A stretch of DNA of 64,000 nucleotides from Myxococcota bacterium (GTDB lineage Bacteria > Myxococcota_A > SURF-8 > G963663525): NCBI GenBank assembly GCA_963676915.2, contig CAXXVK010000014.1:1-64000 (forward strand), in the 5' to 3' direction. A model generated the notes under the pieces. It searched no databases. It worked only from the letters and a program-made list of their open reading frames with translations, and had not been told where the DNA came from. Positions 1 to 11,267 of this stretch are shown here, one piece after another. How positions within the stretch are numbered: the first letter of the stretch is position 1; each line of letters begins with the position of its first letter. The position numbers were made by a program, and so were the translations under genes.

Positions 1-166
1 GAAGGTGCATGATCGGATTGGCGGCAAGGGGAACAGCGGAAGTGTCGCTTTTTAGGATCGGAATTGGCAAAATGCACGGGATATGGTAAGACTATACGGG
101 GTTTTTCCTCAATAGGAAGACTTTCATTCGATTCACAACCTCAGCTTTTGCAGGAGGCTCGTTATA

Positions 167-2439
167 ATGAGTAGGTTATCTCTGTTTGGAAACAAACTGG
201 CTTTGATTTTTCTCTTGGCTCTGATTCCGGCTCTGGTATCTCTGGGATGCGAAGACACCGGTTCGGGAATGACGTCGGGAGACAGTGACCTTTCATCGGA
301 AACCGATGTCGATTCGGGACCGTTGCCTGGGGAATGCGAGGACAACGGCGACTGTGTCAATTGCCAGTTCTGCAACGTGAATTCCATTTGCGAGAATGTT
401 CCGAATTGCGGAGAAGGCACAGGGACAGAGTGTGAAACCAATGATCAGTGCGAGTCCACGCAGTATTGCGCGTCGAACAACCGCTGCAAGACGCTTTCGC
501 CGTCTACAAGTTGTGAAGACCGGCAAATCGTCAGCAGTGTAGGGAGCGAGCTGAATTTCGGTTATGTCATGCTGGGCAGGGAAATCGAACGAAACATCAT
601 CGTTTCAAACGAAGGAGATTGCCACCTGACTGTCCGCGAGGCCAGTTTCGCGATTCCCGAATCCGACAGCGAATTTACGTTGACCGAACTGCCGTCCTTC
701 CCGATCGTTGTCGAGCCGGGCGGATCGTTTGCCTTCAAAGTCGTTTACAAAGGACTCAATCCTACAGGGGACCGCAAATCCAAGCTGTTGCAGATTGCCA
801 GCGACGATCCGGACACGCCTGTCTATCGCATCACCGTCATCGTCGATATCGGCGGCACGACCAACCTTGAAGTTCGTTATTGCACGGGAGAGGAAATCGT
901 CGACCAACAGATCAGTATGGGCAACACCTCACCCGGCTCGCCGGTTGTTGAATGCCTGGAAATCTGCAACAATATGCCCGAATCCGACAAAAATCGCCCC
1001 ATTTTGATCGAGCAGATCGCTTTGGACGATATGATGAATTTCCAGTTCGAGCCTACAGAGGATATCAGCGTTAGCAATGGTTACTACCTGCTTCCGGGAT
1101 TGAATAACTGCCTGGAAATGATGCTGGTTTATAGCCCGACCACGTCAACGGTCTATTTGGAAAGCCATCAGACCCGAATCGTGATTTTCGCCGAAGCAGA
1201 CCAGCATTTCGGAGAGGAAACCGAAGAACACGACCTGACATTGTATGTCAATGGGTCGGCGAACGACAGCACCCTTCTAGTCGTTCCCAATCCATCGATT
1301 TCGGGCAAGTGGTTGTGACCGATCCGGTAGCTATCAAGACTATCGATGTCACCAATCGTGCGGGACGGGACATTAAGTTGAATTACATCCAACTTACACC
1401 TCCTTGCGAACCGGATTCCGACCAGCGTTGCTGTGATTTCGCGATCAATGCTTCCGGTGCTCCCATGGGGCAAAACATCGGAAACGAAGAAAGTTTCAGT
1501 TTCCTGATAGCCTATTCTCCGAGTACGTATGCCGAAGACAATTCCTGCAACGCCATTATCAATTATACGCAAACGTCGGATCAATCTGAAGTCGTTCCGA
1601 TTCGTGCCAAAGGCGTTCCGCCCAACACGCTGCCGATCGCAAGGCTTTCTCTGGGAGAAAACGATCCTCCCATCCAGGCCCCTTTGGAGTATGACGAGCC
1701 TTTCGATTCCAACGACACACCGATCATTTTCTGGGCCAGTGTCAGCGACGATCCCGATGGCGATAACGACAAGCTCGAATTCAAATGGTCGTTGATTCGT
1801 CCCGATCAAAGCAACGCAGACCTGGGAAGCGTAACGGAAGGTGTCTTCGCGCCAACTCCCAACGTTGTGCGTATGAGACCGGATGTGGTGGGAACCTACG
1901 TCGTTGGTTTGCAGGTAAAGGACGAGGATGACGGCGAAAGCGAATGGGCTCACGCGGAAGTAATCGTCGGTGGTAACGATACGCTTAAAGTGGAGATGCA
2001 GTTCTCTGGCAGTGGCACGATGAATGTCGCTCTTTCCTACGAAGCACCGAATGGGCAGGTCTGCGATGATCAGCACATGAGTGCCGGTGCAATCTGTGAT
2101 TTGGGAGCGGATTTCGGTTCGGCCTATCTTTCGAACTACACCACGCAAGCGAGCCAGGGCACGAGAGAAACCATCGTGCATCCCAGCGCAGGGGACGGTA
2201 ACTACCGAATTACCGTTACATTTATTGAGGACTGCGCAGGTTGGGAGCTAGAACTATTCGGTATCCCCATTTGTCTGGAATCTCACGATACCGAAGTGGA
2301 TTTACGTATTTATAGGAATAATGAACCGTATCCTTCGTGGACGACGGAATTCGATCTGAACAGCATTGGGGACAACAAGGAATTTTCGATTACTCGGACC
2401 TCACAGGGAGTGTGGAACGATCCCATCGAAGTTCCTTGA
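167..2439 (+). CDS. Lipoprotein with Cys-rich N-terminus, choice-of-anchor D/ASH-type Ig-like domains and a PKD-like domain; split by a 1-bp frameshift at ~1292
   Basis: GGAGG RBS and lipobox SLGC. ASH-type motifs LNFGYV...IIVSNEGD and IASDDPDTP. ORFs 167..1318 and 1309..2439 join as VPNPIDFGQVVV if one C is restored at 1292-1293. C-terminal PKD-like motifs SDDPDGD and PDVVGTYVVGLQVKD. Confidence 0.7.
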
Positions 2440-2625
2440 TCGTTCGGGTCGCGAAATTTCAATCATAGAAGACCACGACGACGTTGTGGGTTATCTGGTA
2501 TTTGTTTAAAACGTGGAAAAACGGATAGGTTCGCAATCGATTCGATACGAAAAGGTTGTGTGGATCGTCGAGAGGCGATTTTGAACCTGTTGGATTCGAT
2601 CACGATCAGGAAGGCATGGTGAAGG

Positions 2626-5600
2626 ATGTTTGGGTTCTCCAGCCAGTTTACGGGCTTGCGGAAAAACGGGTTAGTTTTCGTTCTCGGCATTTTATTCGCC
2701 GTATTGGTTTTCGGCTGTGGTTCTTCGGATTCTGCCGGTCAGTCGGGGTGCAATTCCAACGACGATTGCCGGACAGGAGAAGTTTGCGATCTGACGACGA
2801 ATACCTGCAAATCCGAAACGGATGACGATCCTGAAAGTACGACATGCCGTTCACACAGCGATTGTCCCGTGGGGAACTATTGTGACGACGAAACCAATAC
2901 TTGTACTCCCAGCGATGCTGTAGGCAATGGGGTGTCGTGTGAAACATCGAGCGATTGCCCGGACGATGAGTTTTGTGCGGATAATCTGCAATGCTACGGT
3001 GATGGCAACGATCCAACGCCGGATGATGACAAAGATACCGCCGATGGCGATGAGGAAGATAGCAACGATACGGCCGACAATCCTTTCAGTTGTGAACCTG
3101 GTACGGAAGATGGGACCGATGTGGAGCTTCTGGCTGCCAATCCCTTTGAAATCGTTGGAAAATTAGACGAACCTGTCACCGACGAAATGGCTATTCGAAA
3201 CTTGGGTTCGAATATTCTACGTATCGACAGCATCGAGTTGGGTGAAGCAAACGGCGATTTTGAATTGGGGAATGTCGAGGGTTTGCCAATCTGTATTCCG
3301 CACAACGGAACCTATTTCATTGATGTGACGTTTACCAAAACCGATGCGGGTGTTCGAGAAAATACTATCACCATTACTTCCAACGATCCTGTACAGTCTA
3401 CATTCGTTGTGACTCTGAAAGGCACGGAAAAAGGGGTGCCGCGCTCATTGATTCAACCGACGTCCCCGATTGATTTCGGTATGGTCGATCCCGATGACGA
3501 GAAAGACATCGAAGTCCGTATCACGAACATGCCGGATTCTGCTACGGATACAGCCGTATTGAAAATAACGAACATTTATCTCGATCCGGAACAGGATACA
3601 CCGTTCTCCCTTCCTGCGAATCTTGCGGATCAATTGCCTGCTTTGCTGGTTCCCAAGGCTTATCTGGATCTGGCGGTTACTTTCGCTCCGACTCTCGATA
3701 GTCGCCGGGATTTCAATGCCACGTTGATCTTTGAAACCAACGATCCCGATCCGAGTTTCACGGACGGAAAGATCGAATGGCAGTTGGTTGGAGAAATTGG
3801 CTATTCGAGGCTGGAAATTACGCCATCTCCCATTGATTTCGGAGATGTGCCTGTAGGGGGCAGCTCGATGATTCGGTTGAATGTCGCCAATACGGGAACG
3901 ATTCCGGTCGAAATTCTCGAATTTGGTTTCGTCGAAGCGTCGGTCAATGAAATCAGCACTTCGAATGCGTTGAATGTCAACCAGATCATCGCCGTGGATT
4001 TCACTACAAGCGTGACCATCGATTTCGCACCCACTCGCGTCGATACCTACGAGCGTACGTTACGCATTCGTTCGACGTCGACTTTCGAGACCATTAAAGA
4101 AATACCGATCACGGGTCGAGGTATTCGTGGAACGCTGGGCATCAGTCCAGATTTTTACGATTTCGGCTCTGTTCCCACCGGTCAGATTTATGAGGAGGAA
4201 ATTTCTCTCGACAATCTTGGAGATACGGATATTACGATCGATTCCGTAACCGCCAATCCCAACAACAGTGATTTCGAATTGATCTTACATGGTACTAATC
4301 CCGACGGAACGTTGACCATTGAAGCTCATCAGTCGAAAACGGTAACAGCTCGTTTTTACCCGAATAATTCAGGATTCCACTCGGTACAGTTTTCCTTCTC
4401 GCTCGAAAACAGCGATGTTCGACCCACGCTTTCTTTGCAGGGAACGGCAGGGACGATTTCCATCGACATTCGCACTTCGGACGGCAATTTGTTGGTTACC
4501 GGCATCGATTTCGGGGAAGTCAGGATCGGACAGTCGAAGACCGAGACCGTAACATTCAAAAACACCGGAACCATTCCGTTTTATATCAACGCCTTCGAAA
4601 TGCTTCCCGCACGCCAGGAATTCACCATCGATCCGATGCCGGTCCCGGCTCAGGGGGAAAACGAAGCGGAACCACTTGAAATCCTGCCGGATGCTTCGTT
4701 GGATATCGACTTTACATTCACGCCTATCGAGACACAGCGACGGGGTACGCAGCTTTCGATTCGTTCGAACCAGGCCGGAAGTATCATTACCTACACTTTA
4801 TCGGGGATTGGAATATTGCCAACGCTTGAGGTTTCTCCTCAAAGTTCTCCCGGTGCCAGGTATGATTTCGGCCCCATCGTTGTTGGCAGGCAAGGACCGG
4901 CGCATGAATTGGTAATGACCAACGTGGGAACCGGTGGAATCAACATCGAATCCATTGCGATTCTGTCCGAGAACGCGGCTCGGGATGCTTCGGACTTCCT
5001 GCTCGGAGATCCTTCTCTAAGCATTCCCCGAACGCTGTATTCGAACGAAGAAATCCGAATGCCGATGTATTTTGCACCGTTGGCAGAAGGTCCGAGTTTG
5101 GCCAAAATCGCGATTTATTACGACGAAACGGAAACGTCGATCGTTTATGTGCAAGGCGAAGGGATCGTTTGTTCCGACGATCAATGGGATGTGGATGAAA
5201 ATCCGGCGGATTGCGAGTACAGTTGTACGCAATCCGGCTCTCCCCTTGGGTATGAGTCTTGCGACAACATCGACAACGATTGCGATGGCGAGACGGACGA
5301 AGATTTCGAATTGCTGGGTGAGAGTTGCCGCGCCAGTCAGGACTGCATACTCAGCGAGTACATCTGCCACCCCGAAAACCCGGATGAAGTGATTTGCGAA
5401 ATTACTTGGTTGAGTCGTAACATTCCGGAATCCTGTGACAATGTCGATAACAACTGCGACGGCCTGATCGATAACGATGCCTGTATAGAACGGGAGAATG
5501 CATCGGCAATATGTATTCCGCCTAACTGTAACTATACCTGTAATCGAGGATTTCACGAATGCAACGTGGATGGTGAAGATCAATGTGTCGCCAACGGTAG

Positions 5601-8304
5601 TCTGGAACATTGCGGAATGCGCTGCAACGCGGCTTGCCCCGATCCGAGTTCCGGTCCGGGGTATGGAGATTGCCTGGATGTCTATCAAGATGGATATTTC
5701 ACCTGTGAAATTGTCTGTGATGAGAATTACGTGCTAATCGACGGCGCGTGCCTTGTTACGCAGGATGTGAACGATTGTGCCGGTCAAGACTGTGAAGTGC
5801 TGTTCGGAAATGTCGAGAACGGCGAGCCGGTATGCATTCCCGAGGAAGACAGCGCCGTTTGCACCATCGATTGTGACCGGAATTATCGTCTCAACGATGA
5901 AGGCGACGGATGTCTGTTGAACGACTCCCCGAACTGCTGCGGTCCGACCTGTGAGATGTGTATCAATTACAATCCGCAAACGGAACGACCGATTTGCGAG
6001 AATTTCCAGTGTCGTAGTGAATGTTTGGATGATTTCCACCTGTGTTCGGGTATTTGTGTTTCGAATAACGCGATCGAAACCTGCGGTACGGAAGACGATT
6101 TCAGTTGCTCGGCTTGTCCCGGACCAAACAATGACGAAGGTGGGCACGCCGAGTGTAACAACGCCGCGTGCGAATTGGTTTGTGATACCGGTTATCACGA
6201 ATGCTCGGGCAATCGTTGCGAACGTTTGGATGACCCGGACAACTGCGGTTTAGCCTGCACGAATTGTCCTGTGGTGGATAACTCCGAACGCTACTGTCTG
6301 GACAATGAATGCGGTTATGCCTGTCATTTCGGCTTTCACCTGTGCAACGAAGACGATCCCATTGCCCCCGTGTGTCTTTCGGACACGAATCCTTCCTCCT
6401 GCGGCGATCGTTGCGAACCCTGCCCCGGTGATGCTCATGGAATACCTGCCTGCGCCGATGGTGAGTGCACCTTGGACTGTCATACCGATTATCACCTTTG
6501 TGGAGATTCCTGTGCATGGGATCTTGCCGTGGAAACCTGTGGTGACCGTTGCGAACCTTGCACAACGGATGTTGTTGGTGCGACGCCTGTCTGCAGTGAG
6601 GGAACCTGTGATTTCGAATGCAACGAAGGTCTGAAGCGTTGCGGTGACCTGTGCGTGGCGGTGGATGATCCCGACTATTGCAACAATTGTGCTCCTTGCG
6701 GCGAAACGGGTTTGCATGTCGAATACCGTTGCGAACAGGAGGACGGCGAAACCGGTCCCTACGAATGTGTGCTGTCCTGCGAGGAAAACTGGTATGATAT
6801 CGATGAGTTACCCTCCAACGGTTGCGAGTATCCCTGCACCTACGTCGAAGGAGAAGACTGGCCCGATGACGAGGGTATCGACAACAACTGCGACGGCGTG
6901 GACGGGGAAATCGAAAACGGTATCTGGGTATCTCCCGATGGTTTCGACACGGCCAGCGGATCGCCGAAAGCTCCGGTGCTAAATCTGGCGGTTGGTGTAA
7001 GTAAAGCGCTTACGCAGTTGAAGAAATACGTTATTGTTTCCACAGGGGATTTTTACACTCCGTTAACTGTGGAAAACGGCATTTCGATTTATGGTGGTTA
7101 CAAGCACTCCAATGCCGATATCGATGGCTGTTTGGCAGGAGTGCGTTGGTGCAAAAACACGAATGAAACAACGAATATCATTCCCGGAAATGCCTACGGA
7201 TTGCGGATAAGCAACATCGATCTTCCCACCGTGGTGGACAGCATACAGTTTTTCTCTGCCGATGCTTCTTCGAACGGCCAAAATTCCTATGGTGCGTATT
7301 TTGTCAGTACAACTCAGGATTTCGTATTGAGTAATTGCACGATCACTGCAGGTGATGGCAAAGTCGGTAGTGACGGAAGCGAAGCCGGTCGCGATGGAAA
7401 CCCTGGTTCGGACGGGGGCGATGGGCTTGATGGCGGAGCAAGCGAGGAAATGTATTGGCAATTTGGTGGTGATTCCGGTTCGGGATGCACCTGGGGTGGA
7501 AAAGGCGGCAACAGCAACTGGTCGGATCGTTCCGGCAGTAACGGCGAGGAAGGCAGTCCCGTTGCAGAGGGAGAGTGGACGGCTTCAGGTGGTGAAGGCG
7601 GAAGCCCCAGTAGTGGTCAGCGACATGGAGATAATGGTCAGAATGGCCTAAACGGTAGTCATGGAGAGAGTGGGGCAGGTGGTGTCGGTGGAGGCATCGA
7701 TGCCGATCGTTGGGTCTCCGCTTCGGGGGAAAACGGTGGAGTAGGACAACAAGGTGGCAGCGGCGGCGGTGGTGGTGGCGGTGCCGGCGATGAAATTCCC
7801 GCTGTCCAGGAACTTTACGGTGGTAGTGGCGGTGGCGGTGCCGGTGGTGGTTGCGGTGCGACCGGTGGCAAAGCCGGTAGCGGTGGTGGAGCATCCATCG
7901 GCGTATTCTTGAAGGATTCCACGCCGACCTTCGAAAACGTTACGGTGATTTGCGGTAATGGTGGCGATGGTGGTCAGGGACGCTCCGGTGGTATCGGTGG
8001 TGGATATGATCAATACGGCGTCTGTCACCCGGCTCAAGGCGGTGACGGCGGCAACATCGGCGAATGGGGATTGTACGATAGCGGTCGAGGCGGCGATGGT
8101 GGCGATGGCGGTTGCGGTGGCAACGGTGGTCATGGCGGTGGCGGTGCCGGTGGTCCGGTATTCGGAGTTTATATGTATGGAACTTCGAGCGTAGATCACA
8201 TGCCGGGTGGAACCTCCTGGATCGTTCTTGGAAACTCCGGTTCGGGCGGTGCTTCGGAAGGAAATTCCGGAACGGACGGAGCTGAACAGGCCATTGCTCC
8301 CTGA
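2626..8304 (+). CDS. Giant (1892 aa) surface lipoprotein: ~6 ASH/choice-of-anchor D Ig-like domains, MopE-like CDxxDNxCDG motifs, Cys-rich repeats and a Gly-rich PGRS-like C-terminus
   Basis: Lipobox VFGC. Repeated (P)xDFGxV...N.G motifs. CDNIDNDCDGETDE, CDNVDNNCDG and IDNNCDGVDG motifs. Repeated HxCxxxC...CGxxCxxC units. Gly-rich tail from ~7350. Confidence 0.8.
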   Translation: MFGFSSQFTGLRKNGLVFVLGILFAVLVFGCGSSDSAGQSGCNSNDDCRTGEVCDLTTNTCKSETDDDPESTTCRSHSDCPVGNYCDDETNTCTPSDAVGNGVSCETSSDCPDDEFCADNLQCYGDGNDPTPDDDKDTADGDEEDSNDTADNPFSCEPGTEDGTDVELLAANPFEIVGKLDEPVTDEMAIRNLGSNILRIDSIELGEANGDFELGNVEGLPICIPHNGTYFIDVTFTKTDAGVRENTITITSNDPVQSTFVVTLKGTEKGVPRSLIQPTSPIDFGMVDPDDEKDIEVRITNMPDSATDTAVLKITNIYLDPEQDTPFSLPANLADQLPALLVPKAYLDLAVTFAPTLDSRRDFNATLIFETNDPDPSFTDGKIEWQLVGEIGYSRLEITPSPIDFGDVPVGGSSMIRLNVANTGTIPVEILEFGFVEASVNEISTSNALNVNQIIAVDFTTSVTIDFAPTRVDTYERTLRIRSTSTFETIKEIPITGRGIRGTLGISPDFYDFGSVPTGQIYEEEISLDNLGDTDITIDSVTANPNNSDFELILHGTNPDGTLTIEAHQSKTVTARFYPNNSGFHSVQFSFSLENSDVRPTLSLQGTAGTISIDIRTSDGNLLVTGIDFGEVRIGQSKTETVTFKNTGTIPFYINAFEMLPARQEFTIDPMPVPAQGENEAEPLEILPDASLDIDFTFTPIETQRRGTQLSIRSNQAGSIITYTLSGIGILPTLEVSPQSSPGARYDFGPIVVGRQGPAHELVMTNVGTGGINIESIAILSENAARDASDFLLGDPSLSIPRTLYSNEEIRMPMYFAPLAEGPSLAKIAIYYDETETSIVYVQGEGIVCSDDQWDVDENPADCEYSCTQSGSPLGYESCDNIDNDCDGETDEDFELLGESCRASQDCILSEYICHPENPDEVICEITWLSRNIPESCDNVDNNCDGLIDNDACIERENASAICIPPNCNYTCNRGFHECNVDGEDQCVANGSLEHCGMRCNAACPDPSSGPGYGDCLDVYQDGYFTCEIVCDENYVLIDGACLVTQDVNDCAGQDCEVLFGNVENGEPVCIPEEDSAVCTIDCDRNYRLNDEGDGCLLNDSPNCCGPTCEMCINYNPQTERPICENFQCRSECLDDFHLCSGICVSNNAIETCGTEDDFSCSACPGPNNDEGGHAECNNAACELVCDTGYHECSGNRCERLDDPDNCGLACTNCPVVDNSERYCLDNECGYACHFGFHLCNEDDPIAPVCLSDTNPSSCGDRCEPCPGDAHGIPACADGECTLDCHTDYHLCGDSCAWDLAVETCGDRCEPCTTDVVGATPVCSEGTCDFECNEGLKRCGDLCVAVDDPDYCNNCAPCGETGLHVEYRCEQEDGETGPYECVLSCEENWYDIDELPSNGCEYPCTYVEGEDWPDDEGIDNNCDGVDGEIENGIWVSPDGFDTASGSPKAPVLNLAVGVSKALTQLKKYVIVSTGDFYTPLTVENGISIYGGYKHSNADIDGCLAGVRWCKNTNETTNIIPGNAYGLRISNIDLPTVVDSIQFFSADASSNGQNSYGAYFVSTTQDFVLSNCTITAGDGKVGSDGSEAGRDGNPGSDGGDGLDGGASEEMYWQFGGDSGSGCTWGGKGGNSNWSDRSGSNGEEGSPVAEGEWTASGGEGGSPSSGQRHGDNGQNGLNGSHGESGAGGVGGGIDADRWVSASGENGGVGQQGGSGGGGGGGAGDEIPAVQELYGGSGGGGAGGGCGATGGKAGSGGGASIGVFLKDSTPTFENVTVICGNGGDGGQGRSGGIGGGYDQYGVCHPAQGGDGGNIGEWGLYDSGRGGDGGDGGCGGNGGHGGGGAGGPVFGVYMYGTSSVDHMPGGTSWIVLGNSGSGGASEGNSGTDGAEQAIAP

Positions 8305-8318
8305 TCGGAGGAGTTGTC

Positions 8319-9476
8319 GTGCATCCGGGATATCGAGCCTTGCCATGGGCAGTTTCACTATTGCTTCTTGTGCTCCTTTTTCCGGGATGCTCGGATCGCC
8401 AAGAACTCCAACGGCTCGAAAATAAAGAATTTTCCGAAATTGTACAAGCTTCCGGCTGGCCGTCGGTAGATGGAAAAGACGATTTCGGTCTTGTCGGCAA
8501 GCTGTTTTCGGATTGTAGTTCATCTCATGATGGAGCCGTTTCCTGTGGTGGAAATCGGGCTGTTTTCAAACGAAACGATCGTTCTTATACACTGTTGCAA
8601 GCCGATCCCAAACTTGCCTGGCAGCAGGATGTTTTGACCGTCACCCATGAAGCTCCACTTCTCGTAACACCTCGATACGAAGAGATCGACCACAACACCA
8701 GAGGAACCTCGATTCAGTGGGAAGGCTGTTTCGTCAATCGCTTGGAGTATCCTGTCGAGCCATTGGCGATGCGTGTGAGTCTCCTTTATACGGTCGATGG
8801 ACAACCCGTTTCTGTTGTCGGTAAACCAAGAAAAACAACAAGTCGCTCGGGAGTTCCCAAAGAGGTGAAATCTCAGGACTTTTTCTGCACGAAATTGACG
8901 TCCTCTCGTGTGAAGATCAATCCCGCTCGGGTGGATCATGCGGTTTTGGTTGTCGAAGGCTATTTGCGGATTGGCGATAAGCCATGGGTTGGACCGTTAC
9001 GGATACTTCCAGTGGAGGATCGTTTTCCCACCGGTGGAGAGTTTGACGCGATCGGCGTTGCTATGGATGGAGAGTTGCGAAAGAAACCTTCCACGAAAAA
9101 GCAGTCTATTGAGGTCAACAACCCGATGTTATTGGAGTTTTCCCGACGAGATGGTCTTTGGTACCTGGGACGATCGAGTGATGGTTTCGAAGGTTGGATT
9201 CGAAGGGATCACTTGTTGGGAATCTGGCCGAAAACGACCGCTATGTCTGAAGTATCGGATTCTCTCCGACACTTTGTAGAAAATCGGTGTGTTGAGGATG
9301 AAGGCGGCTTTTGTCCCGCCAAGGATCAACCTCATGATTTAACGATTCGCGTGCTTGATCGTTGGGAGATTGAAGATAAAAAGTCCTGCCTGTTTTTCGC
9401 CTCTTACACTGTCGAAAACCGACGTTCCGTCGTTCTTATCGATGCGTTTCTCAATGAAACGTTTCCGATGAAATAA
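8319..9476 (+). CDS. Hypothetical lipoprotein, possibly with an SH3-like domain
   Basis: GGAGGAG RBS, GTG start, lipobox FPGC, and an SH3b-like motif DGLWYLGRSSDGFEGWI. Confidence 0.55.
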   Translation: MHPGYRALPWAVSLLLLVLLFPGCSDRQELQRLENKEFSEIVQASGWPSVDGKDDFGLVGKLFSDCSSSHDGAVSCGGNRAVFKRNDRSYTLLQADPKLAWQQDVLTVTHEAPLLVTPRYEEIDHNTRGTSIQWEGCFVNRLEYPVEPLAMRVSLLYTVDGQPVSVVGKPRKTTSRSGVPKEVKSQDFFCTKLTSSRVKINPARVDHAVLVVEGYLRIGDKPWVGPLRILPVEDRFPTGGEFDAIGVAMDGELRKKPSTKKQSIEVNNPMLLEFSRRDGLWYLGRSSDGFEGWIRRDHLLGIWPKTTAMSEVSDSLRHFVENRCVEDEGGFCPAKDQPHDLTIRVLDRWEIEDKKSCLFFASYTVENRRSVVLIDAFLNETFPMK

Positions 9477-9482
9477 ACTTTT

Positions 9483-10814
9483 TCAGAACATCAACCGCGC
9501 CATGGTAATCGCCATGAGCAATCCTGCGGTGTCGGCCAACAATGCTGCGGCAATGGCATGTCTTGAACGTGTAATTCCTACCGCTCCGAAATACACGGCA
9601 AGTACGTAAAACGTTGTTTCCGTGCTGCCTTGCATGATACTCGCCATGAACGAGGCGAGAGAATCCGGGGCATTTTGCACGATGTCGCTCATTACACCGA
9701 ATGCTCCCGATCCGGAAAGCGGTCGCATCAGAGCCATGGGGAGAATTTCCGCCGGAACGCCGAATAGCGAAGTAAGCGGCGAAATGGCGTCCGATAAAAT
9801 TGCGAATGCACCGGAGGCTTTGAACATGCCGATAGCTACGAGGATCATGACCAGGAAAGGAATGATCCGAATGGCAACCTGGAACCCTTCTTTCGCGCCT
9901 TCGGTCGCAGCTTCGTAAACTTTTACTCCGCGCAGATATCCGAACGCGATGATGGCCAGCATGATTAGAGGGACAATCCAGGTGCGTAAAAATTCATCAC
10001 GAAATGCTGTAAGATCGCTGGTTTCGAAAAGACGGTAGAACATGATACAGGGCACGGCAACCAATGCGGCGATCATCAGCGCCTTGCCGAGTTTCCCCGG
10101 ACCGCCTTCGTGCAGGAAGGCAGCGTTATCCGAAGAGTTTTCCTCGTTTGTGGTTTCCTGGGAAACATCCGTAATTTCAGGGGATTGCGTTGGTTCTTCC
10201 TCGGAAGGTGCGGCTTGTTTTCCTGCGCGACCCGCGAGCAGTTTGGCAGCGAAAATGGCTACCAATGTAGAGGTAATTGTGGCGATCAAGCCGGGAACGA
10301 TGATCGAAGCCGGGTCGCTTGCACCGGCTGCGGCCCGCACGCCGATCACGCCCAGAGGCAGGATCGTTACACTGCTGGTATTGATGGCCAGAAACAGGCA
10401 CATTGCGTCGGTCGCCCGACCTTTGACGGGATTGAGGCGGTCGAGCTCGATCATGGCTTTGATGCCCATCGGCGTGGCGGCATTGCCCAGTCCCAGCATG
10501 TTGGCGGCCATGTTCATGATCATCGCTGCCATGGCTGGGTGTTCTGCCGGAACCTCGGGAAACAGGCGGATCATCAGCGGCCGGATGGCGCGGGCGATCA
10601 GGCGCATCAGACCACCCGCTTCGGCGATTTTCATCAGGCCGAGCCACAAAGCCATGACACCGATAAGTTTCAAGGCAAGATCGACCGAAGTTTTAGCCAT
10701 ATTGAACGATGCCTGCGTTACGGCGTCCATGGTGCCGGTTGCCATACCCACGAGTACGCCTAGCACAACCAGACCGAGCCAGATGACATTGATAACCGCC
10801 GGTTTCGACTTCAA
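9483..10814 (-). CDS. spmAB: Fused SpmA/SpmB (spore maturation / nucleoside-recognition Gate domain) membrane protein
   Basis: SpmA motifs ANMLGLGNAATPMGIKAM and FLAINTSSV. SpmB motifs RPLSGSGA and GSTETTFYVLAVYFGAV. TTG start with AAGGAG RBS. Confidence 0.85.
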   Translation of the reverse strand: MKSKPAVINVIWLGLVVLGVLVGMATGTMDAVTQASFNMAKTSVDLALKLIGVMALWLGLMKIAEAGGLMRLIARAIRPLMIRLFPEVPAEHPAMAAMIMNMAANMLGLGNAATPMGIKAMIELDRLNPVKGRATDAMCLFLAINTSSVTILPLGVIGVRAAAGASDPASIIVPGLIATITSTLVAIFAAKLLAGRAGKQAAPSEEEPTQSPEITDVSQETTNEENSSDNAAFLHEGGPGKLGKALMIAALVAVPCIMFYRLFETSDLTAFRDEFLRTWIVPLIMLAIIAFGYLRGVKVYEAATEGAKEGFQVAIRIIPFLVMILVAIGMFKASGAFAILSDAISPLTSLFGVPAEILPMALMRPLSGSGAFGVMSDIVQNAPDSLASFMASIMQGSTETTFYVLAVYFGAVGITRSRHAIAAALLADTAGLLMAITMARLMF

Positions 10815-11260
10815 CGTGTCTCCTTTATTTCGTTGATTTTATTCGTCTCGTGACCGATCAACTCTGCGATTTCCGTTTCCATTCGCTTTGTTCGAGAAGA
10901 GATTGTATCGGAAAAGCGTGTAAAGATTTCGATCAGCTCTTTCCCAAGTGGCGTCAATTGGCTGCCACCTCCGCGATGGCCACCGATTTCCGTTTCTACC
11001 AGCACCGAGGAGGAGATGCGATTCATCGATTCGATGTGTTTCCAGGCTGTACGGTAGGACATGTTCAGTGATCGGGCGGCAGCGGATATCGAGCCGTAGG
11101 TTTCGATTCGTCGAAGAAGTTCGATACGACCACGACCTAGAAACGAGGTTTCATTGACATCCACCCACAGCCGGACCCCTGCCGTGATGACCGGTTGTTC
11201 GAGAGATTCGGCCCGGTCGTCGGGGGTAGGAGTAGATGTCCGGCTGCGGCGTTTTTTCAT
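10811..11260 (-). CDS. modE: ModE-family winged-helix regulator (N-terminal DNA-binding domain only)
   Basis: Motif GRGRIELLRRIETYGSISAAARSLNMSYRTAW...GGHRGGGSQLT. No molybdate-binding TOBE/Mop domains. Confidence 0.8.
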   Translation of the reverse strand: MKKRRSRTSTPTPDDRAESLEQPVITAGVRLWVDVNETSFLGRGRIELLRRIETYGSISAAARSLNMSYRTAWKHIESMNRISSSVLVETEIGGHRGGGSQLTPLGKELIEIFTRFSDTISSRTKRMETEIAELIGHETNKINEIKETR

Positions 11261-11267
11261 AAGTGCG

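Noticed and set aside
1290-1320. TGA at 1316-1318 as selenocysteine or a programmed frameshift
   Set aside because: The downstream coding is in another frame, and restoring one C rebuilds the PIDFG repeat motif. A sequencing indel is the simpler explanation.
7343-8500. His/Arg-rich and Thr/Ala-rich ORFs on the minus strand
   Set aside because: They are the reverse-complement read of the Gly-rich (GGT/GGC) tail of the 1892-aa protein.
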